Shown: positions 7,422 through 14,996 of the stretch, piece after piece
How the letters are laid out: each line of letters begins with the position of its first letter
Numbering within the stretch: the first letter of the stretch is position 1
NCBI GenBank assembly: GCA_963792965.1
Contig: CAWBYW010000020.1
Location: forward strand, 1 to 14,996
DNA length: 14,996 bases
Direction: 5' to 3'
From: an uncultured delta proteobacterium
GTDB taxonomy: Bacteria; Desulfobacterota; Zymogenia; Zymogenales; Zymogenaceae
The notes under the pieces: generated by a model
What the model was told of the DNA's origin: nothing
The model's input: the letters and a program-made list of their open reading frames with translations, nothing else
Databases searched by the model: none
Position numbers and translations under genes: made by a program

Positions 7422-8228
7422 TTACATTTCAGCGGATGATTTTTTCTCTACCTTGATGCCGAACACCCTCATCGTGTTCTGCGCCGCCGCCGTCATGAAC
7501 TCGTCTGATTTTTCTCCCCGCAGCCGCGCGCACTCGACGGCGGTATACTTCACGTACGCGGGCTCGTTTTGTTTTCCACGGAAGGGCTCCGGGGTCAGGA
7601 AGGGGCAGTCGGTCTCGACGAGGATCCGATCGGCGGGAAGCCTTTTCACCACCTCGTGGAGCGTCTTCGCCTTTGGGAAGGTTACGACCCCCGGAATCGA
7701 GATGTAAAATCCCATGTCGAGGCACCTCTTGGCGTAGTCCCAGTCACCCGAGAAGCAGTGGATCACCCCGGGGCCGGACGGTGCCGTAAATCCTCCCCGT
7801 TTGTGGTGCTCGGTCAGGATATCGATTACTTCCCTGTGCGCGTCGCGGTCATGGATCACGACCGGGAGCGACAGCTCCGAGGCAAGGTGTAAAAACTCGT
7901 GGAAGGCCTTTATCTGGACGTCCCTCGGGGAGAGGTTGCGGTAGAAGTCGAGGCCCGTCTCCCCGATCGCCACGACCTTCGGATCGGCCGCGAGCTTCTT
8001 GATCTCGGCAAGCGTCCCATCGTCGATTTTTTTCACGTCGTGAGGATGCACGCCGATCACCGCGCGGATATTCTCGCGCCTTCGTGCGATCTCGACCGTT
8101 CTTTTTGAGGAGGGAAGATCGATCCCGACGGTGACGATCATCGAAAGCCCGGCCGCAAACGCGCGCTCGGTCACCGCGTCGCGGTCGCCTTTGAAAAGAT
8201 CGAGGTGGGCATGGGAGTCGATCAGCAT
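7422..8228 (-). CDS. tatD: TatD-family metal-dependent DNase/hydrolase
   Basis: Start at ATG 8228 (MLIDSHAHLD), 1 nt after the metG stop. Motifs GVHPH, AIGETGLDF, IHDRDAH, GVIHCFSG, ETDCPFLTP, NEP. Confidence 0.95.
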   Translation of the reverse strand: MLIDSHAHLDLFKGDRDAVTERAFAAGLSMIVTVGIDLPSSKRTVEIARRRENIRAVIGVHPHDVKKIDDGTLAEIKKLAADPKVVAIGETGLDFYRNLSPRDVQIKAFHEFLHLASELSLPVVIHDRDAHREVIDILTEHHKRGGFTAPSGPGVIHCFSGDWDYAKRCLDMGFYISIPGVVTFPKAKTLHEVVKRLPADRILVETDCPFLTPEPFRGKQNEPAYVKYTAVECARLRGEKSDEFMTAAAQNTMRVFGIKVEKKSSAEM

Positions 8229-8229
8229 A

Positions 8230-10167
<1,938 letters not shown>

Positions 10168-10203
10168 GAGCGCCCTCGGTATCTGAGCTTTAATAATAAC
10201 AGC

Positions 10204-10230
10204 ATATGGGCAAACGATGTTTGCCCATAT
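10204..10230. promoter_or_regulatory. Perfect 12-bp inverted repeat upstream of metG (operator or terminator-like)
   Basis: ATATGGGCAAAC-GAT-GTTTGCCCATAT. On the minus strand it is followed by GCTGTTATTATT. Confidence 0.5.
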
Positions 10231-10317
10231 AACCCGGAAGGTTGATCTCGTTGTGGCCCGCCGCAGCCGGCACGGCCGCCCCGGACCTATTCTTGCCGCT
10301 CACCCCGGCGGCTAAGC

Positions 10318-11121
10318 CTATTGTGCCCCCTCCTCGATGGACCCGAGCGGTACCTCCACCTCAGAGCCGTCCTCCAGCTGAATCGTGACCTTGTTGGCTA
10401 ACACGTTCTGCCGGATGACCTTACCCGCTCCCTCTTTGGTGGTGACTACCTTCCCGATCTTGGGCATGTCCTTCTTGAGGTCGAGGTACGTGTCGTACTC
10501 GTACTTGAAACAGCACATGAGCCGCCCGCACACGCCCGAGATTTTCGCGGGGTTCAGCGAGACGTTCTGGTCCTTTGCCATCTTGACCGAGACCGGCTCG
10601 AAGTTGGTCAGGAAAGCGCAGCAGCAGAGCTCTCGTCCGCACGAGCCGATGCCCCCGACGAGCCGTGCCTTGTTCCTGACGCCGATCTGTCGCATCTCGA
10701 TGCGGGTCCTGAATTTTGCGGCCAGGTCGCGCACGAGCCCGCGGAAGTCGACCCGCTCGTCGGCCGTGAAGTAGAATATGATCTTGCTGCCGTCAAAGAG
10801 GTGCTCCACTTCCACGAGGCGCATATCCAGGCCGTGTCTCTCGATGCATTTTTGGCAGAACGCCTTTGCCTCGATCTCTCTCTCGCGATTCTGTGCGACC
10901 TTCTCCTGATCTTCTTCGCTGGCGATCCTCAGGATCGGTTTGAGATGGGCGCACTCGGGCATATCCTCCATCTGACGTGGGGCAATGGCGATCGTCCCGA
11001 TGGAAAGCCCCCGCTCCGTCTCGACCAGCACCTTCTCCATCACGGGAAGCTCATACTCACCCGCATCGAAATAGTATATCTTCCCGCCCCCGCGAAAACG
11101 TATCCCTGCTATTCTTTTCAT
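10318..11121 (-). CDS. ricT: PSP1-domain protein RicT/YaaT
   Basis: FYFTADERVDFRGLVRDLA..FRTRIEMRQIGVR, CGRELCC, K.QN.SLNP.KISGVCGRLMCC. ATGA overlap with holB. Confidence 0.93.
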   Translation of the reverse strand: MKRIAGIRFRGGGKIYYFDAGEYELPVMEKVLVETERGLSIGTIAIAPRQMEDMPECAHLKPILRIASEEDQEKVAQNREREIEAKAFCQKCIERHGLDMRLVEVEHLFDGSKIIFYFTADERVDFRGLVRDLAAKFRTRIEMRQIGVRNKARLVGGIGSCGRELCCCAFLTNFEPVSVKMAKDQNVSLNPAKISGVCGRLMCCFKYEYDTYLDLKKDMPKIGKVVTTKEGAGKVIRQNVLANKVTIQLEDGSEVEVPLGSIEEGAQ

Positions 11122-12107
11122 TGATTATATTTCAACTCGACAAGTCTGATAAAGAGCGATTCGAGCGCGATGCGCATATTGAGGTACATCCTTCCGGTGA
11201 GGGTACGCTCTATCTCGTCGGCCGCCTCCACGCTCTCGATCAGGGATTGGACGCGAGTCTCCTTCCATGCACCGCCGAAGTCTTTCACCAGTCGGTGGTA
11301 CACGAGGTCACCTTCCCTCTGCGTCTCCCGATAAATAATCAGGTCACGATACCAACACTTCAGTATATCGAGAATATCAGAAAATTCAACTTTTAATTTC
11401 GACAGCGACAGAAATAGCTCCTGCACCCCGCCGGGGTCATTGAGCTCCATCGACGAGAGGGCGCCGATCATCCTCTCCTGTACCGAAAGGAGACCGCCGG
11501 ACAGGAGCGCCTGCGCCCTCGAAAGGCTCCCCCGCGCCATTTCCGCGGCCTCCCGCTCTTGCTCGCCGCCGCCCATTATCTCGGCGATTACCTCGGGCTT
11601 CAGCGGCGAGAACCTGATCTTCTGGCAGCGGGAGAGGATCGTCGGCGGGAGGCTCGACGCACGACTGGTAACCAGGATGAAGTGGGTGCCGGCCGGCGGC
11701 TCCTCAAGGGTCTTCAGGATTGCGGCCGAGCTGTCCTCGGTCATCATGTCCGCGGGATCGATGATGATGAGCCGTCCCCTTCCGGAAAACGAGTGGTACG
11801 CCACGACCCGTTCGATCTCTCGCATCTGGTCGATCACGATGCGCGTCTTTCCCTCGGCGATTCCCACTGAGATCAGATCGGCGAAGGTGCCCCGCTCGAT
11901 CTTGAGGCAGGTCTCGCACGTGCCGCAGGGCCTGCCCTCCGCGCCGGTGCAGAACATCGCCTTGGCAAAGACCATCGCGGCAAAATGCTTACCCACCCCG
12001 TCGGCCCCGGAAAAGATCAGAGCATGAGGGATGCGGCCCGCCTCCAGGACCCCCGCGAGGATGTCGACGGGGCGCTTCTGCCCCCGTATGGCGCCGAGCT
12101 CGATCAT
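11118..12107 (-). CDS. holB: DNA polymerase III subunit delta'
   Basis: PHALIFSGADGVGK, zinc motif C...PCGTCETC, LKTLEEPP, TILSRCQ. Conserved holB-ricT-metG-tatD order. Confidence 0.93.
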   Translation of the reverse strand: MIELGAIRGQKRPVDILAGVLEAGRIPHALIFSGADGVGKHFAAMVFAKAMFCTGAEGRPCGTCETCLKIERGTFADLISVGIAEGKTRIVIDQMREIERVVAYHSFSGRGRLIIIDPADMMTEDSSAAILKTLEEPPAGTHFILVTSRASSLPPTILSRCQKIRFSPLKPEVIAEIMGGGEQEREAAEMARGSLSRAQALLSGGLLSVQERMIGALSSMELNDPGGVQELFLSLSKLKVEFSDILDILKCWYRDLIIYRETQREGDLVYHRLVKDFGGAWKETRVQSLIESVEAADEIERTLTGRMYLNMRIALESLFIRLVELKYNQ

Positions 12108-12122
12108 AATGTGGTCACGATG

Positions 12123-12156
12123 AAAAAATGCGGCCCCACCCAGTGCGATGGGGCCG
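12123..12156 (-). terminator. Intrinsic terminator downstream of pal, 15 nt before the holB ATG
   Basis: On the minus strand: CGGCCCCA, 10 nt, TGGGGCCG followed by CATTTTTT. Confidence 0.65.
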
Positions 12157-12286
12157 GACGGATAGACTGTTTACAGACAATCGGACTCCTCGCGCGTCGA
12201 GCGCGGGTATCTTATCGATCCGGTCGCTCCGCCACCCGGGCACCTCCCGGGTGCCGGACCCGCCGCGCCATCCCTCGCTTTCCGAT

Positions 12287-12802
12287 CTATTTGGAGACGA
12301 TCGTAAAATGAGCCCTTCTGTTCTTTGCCCACGCCGCCTCGTTGTGCCCCGGATCCAGGGGCATCTCCTTGCCGTAACTGATGGTCCTCATCCGTGAGGT
12401 GTCGATGCCGAGGTTGACCAGGAAGTCTCTGGCGCTCTTAGCCCGCCGATCGCCGAGGGCGAGGTTGTATTCGATGGTGCCGCGCTCGTCGCAGTGCCCC
12501 TCGATCTCCACCACTACCGACGAATTCTTCTTGAGCCAGTCGGCGTTCGTCTTGAGAGTGTCCTGGGCCTCGGGGGTCAGCGTGGACTTGTCGAAATCAA
12601 AATGAATATCTTCAAGGCCGTATATCGTCCCGTCCAGCCCTTCGCCGGGGATTTCCGCCCCCTCGATGCCGTGACCGGGGCCTACCTCGGTCTCCCCCTT
12701 GCCGGTCTCCTTGGTTGTTGTCGTCTTACAGGAGAGGACCAACAGGGAAAATAGTGCTATAACGCCGGCGATGAGTATATATCGTATAAGTTTCATCATC
12801 AT
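12287..12802 (-). CDS. pal: Peptidoglycan-associated lipoprotein Pal (the true start may be the 2nd or 3rd ATG)
   Basis: Lipobox [40 protein letters not shown]...NRR. Follows tolB. SD GGAGGA. Confidence 0.96.
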   Translation of the reverse strand: MMMKLIRYILIAGVIALFSLLVLSCKTTTTKETGKGETEVGPGHGIEGAEIPGEGLDGTIYGLEDIHFDFDKSTLTPEAQDTLKTNADWLKKNSSVVVEIEGHCDERGTIEYNLALGDRRAKSARDFLVNLGIDTSRMRTISYGKEMPLDPGHNEAAWAKNRRAHFTIVSK

Positions 12803-12822
12803 TCCTCCGCTCTTTCCTATAC

Positions 12823-12851
12823 ACTATAATCGATTTTTTAATGATATTCAA
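12823..12851 (-). promoter_or_regulatory. Internal sigma70 promoter for pal
   Basis: On the minus strand: TTGAAT (12851-12846), 17 nt, TATAGT (12828-12823), in an AT-rich patch. Confidence 0.65.
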
Positions 12852-12930
12852 TGGTTTTTTCTCATCACTGATTCAGTTTCGGCACCTGTCCGGACAGGCG
12901 AGCCGGTTGATCCGCCCTTCCGACCTTCCG

Positions 12931-14247
12931 TCAGAATTTCATCCGCGGTGACCACGCCGGTGATGTATCGTTGCCTCCGGTGCCGATGATGGGGGTCTGA
13001 TCGGAGCCGTCCGCCCTCATCCAATAGATCTGGTCGTGCCCCCCCCGCGAGGAGGAGAAGATAATGAACCTCCCGTCGGGCGACCACGAGGGATCCTCGT
13101 TGTCAGAGGGCCCGGTTGTGAGCCTCATGGTCGTCGTCCCGTCCGGACTGATGGTGTAGATGTGAAACATCCCCCCCGTCATCCCCACGTAGGCAATCTT
13201 GTCTCCCCGGGGCGACCAGTCCGGAGACGTGTTATATCCGCCGGTATAGGTGAGCCTCCGCGTTGTCCCGCTTGAGAGATTCATGATATAGATCTGCGGG
13301 GATCCCGCCCGATCGGAGGTAAAAGCAAGCATAGAGCCGTCGGGCGAGAAGCTCGGGGAGACGTCGATGTCCGGCCCGCTGGTGAGCCGCTTCAATCCGC
13401 CGCCGTTCTCGGATATGAGATAGAGATTCGGGAAATAGTCCTTGCTCGAGGTGAAGGCGATCCTGCCGCCGTCAGGCGTGAAGGCCGGGCTGATGTTGAT
13501 CCCCTCGAACCCCGCCACGAGCCGGTCGCTCAGCGTTGCGGTATTCATGACGAATATCTTGGGTGAGTGCTGTTTGAAGGAACAGTAGATGATCTTCGTC
13601 CCGTCCGGAGACCACGCGGGCGAAAGGTCGATGACCCTGTTGTTGGTCAGCCTGACCTTGTTGCCCCCGTCGATATCCATGACGTAGATCTCTTTTTTCC
13701 CGTGCAGGTCCGTGGCAAAGGCGATCAGCGTCTGGAAGATCCCCTTCTCGCCCGTATACTCGGTCATCACGTCGTCGGCGAATTTGTGGATGACCCGCGA
13801 GAAATCGTTTATGCCCGCCTTATATTTCCTGCCGAAGATGAGCCGCTCTCCGGCGGTATCGAAGAGCCTGATCTCAACCGTGATGTTGTTTCCCGATACC
13901 TCGTAGGCGGTCTTGATGACGGCATCGGCCCCGAGCTTCTTCCAGAGCGCGTAGTTCGTCCGAGAGATATCCTTTGAAGGCTCCGGGTTGGGGGTATATC
14001 GGGCGGGGCTCACGACGTCGAAGATGCCGGCCATGAACAGGTCATTGGTGAGCGTCCGTTTCGCCGCTTCTGCGGCCGCGTCGTCCCTTCCCGATACGGA
14101 GACAAAATCGGGAACGGCCACCGGAAACTTTCTGAAGCCGGGGGCGTCGATATCGATATACACCTTCGCCGGGCTTTGCCCGACGTGAACCATCATCGCC
14201 GCAAGCATGCCGATGATCGTCACCAGCATAAGCGTCGTTCTTTTCAT
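12931..14247 (-). CDS. tolB: Tol-Pal system beta-propeller protein TolB, 438 aa
   Basis: Start reassigned to ATG 14247 (MKRTTLML..., signal peptide). TolB_N-like region (PVAVPDF...IHKFADDV...TGEKGIF). Repeated PD40 motifs SPAWSPDG, SPAFTPDG, SPSFSPDG, SPDWSPRG, PSWSPDG. Confidence 0.95.
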   Translation of the reverse strand: MKRTTLMLVTIIGMLAAMMVHVGQSPAKVYIDIDAPGFRKFPVAVPDFVSVSGRDDAAAEAAKRTLTNDLFMAGIFDVVSPARYTPNPEPSKDISRTNYALWKKLGADAVIKTAYEVSGNNITVEIRLFDTAGERLIFGRKYKAGINDFSRVIHKFADDVMTEYTGEKGIFQTLIAFATDLHGKKEIYVMDIDGGNKVRLTNNRVIDLSPAWSPDGTKIIYCSFKQHSPKIFVMNTATLSDRLVAGFEGINISPAFTPDGGRIAFTSSKDYFPNLYLISENGGGLKRLTSGPDIDVSPSFSPDGSMLAFTSDRAGSPQIYIMNLSSGTTRRLTYTGGYNTSPDWSPRGDKIAYVGMTGGMFHIYTISPDGTTTMRLTTGPSDNEDPSWSPDGRFIIFSSSRGGHDQIYWMRADGSDQTPIIGTGGNDTSPAWSPRMKF

Positions 14248-14254
14248 AGTGACC

Positions 14255-14996
<742 letters not shown>

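Noticed and set aside
10168-10317. T-box, SAM or c-di-GMP-I riboswitch before metG
   Set aside because: No UGGNACC T-box bulge or SAM-I core was found. GGGCAAAC is present but the downstream GEMM elements are not.
12885-12898. Perfect palindrome CCTGTCCGGACAGG between tolB and pal
   Set aside because: It is a single GC-rich copy with no U tract; at most an mRNA-stabilising hairpin, and no function can be supported.

Overview
This looks like a bacterial chromosome window whose gene content suggests a diderm, Desulfobacterota/'Deltaproteobacteria'-like host (inference). It has three compositional blocks. (1) 1-~3365 is a visibly AT-rich accessory block: the C-terminus of a trypsin-like GDSGG serine protease, a lipoprotein gene missed by the ORF track because it is split by a frameshift (419-870), a degenerate integron attC-like site with canonical geometry (884-964), and a 717-aa membrane-anchored TPR-like protein with a 120-bp tandem duplication. 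(2) ~3366-14530 is GC-rich host DNA: an outer-membrane beta-barrel plus FecR/Ig-like/NTF2-like gene pair on +, then on the minus strand tolA(3' end)-tolB-pal, holB-ricT-metG-tatD and a stand-alone V4R protein. (3) ~14522-14996 is a frameshift-riddled esterase fragment fused abruptly onto the tolA C-terminal domain, most likely a chimeric or low-quality contig end. The best novelty candidates are the attC-terminated protease + lipoprotein module and the sigma-less beta-barrel/FecR pair. No searches were run, so family calls rest on motif recognition.
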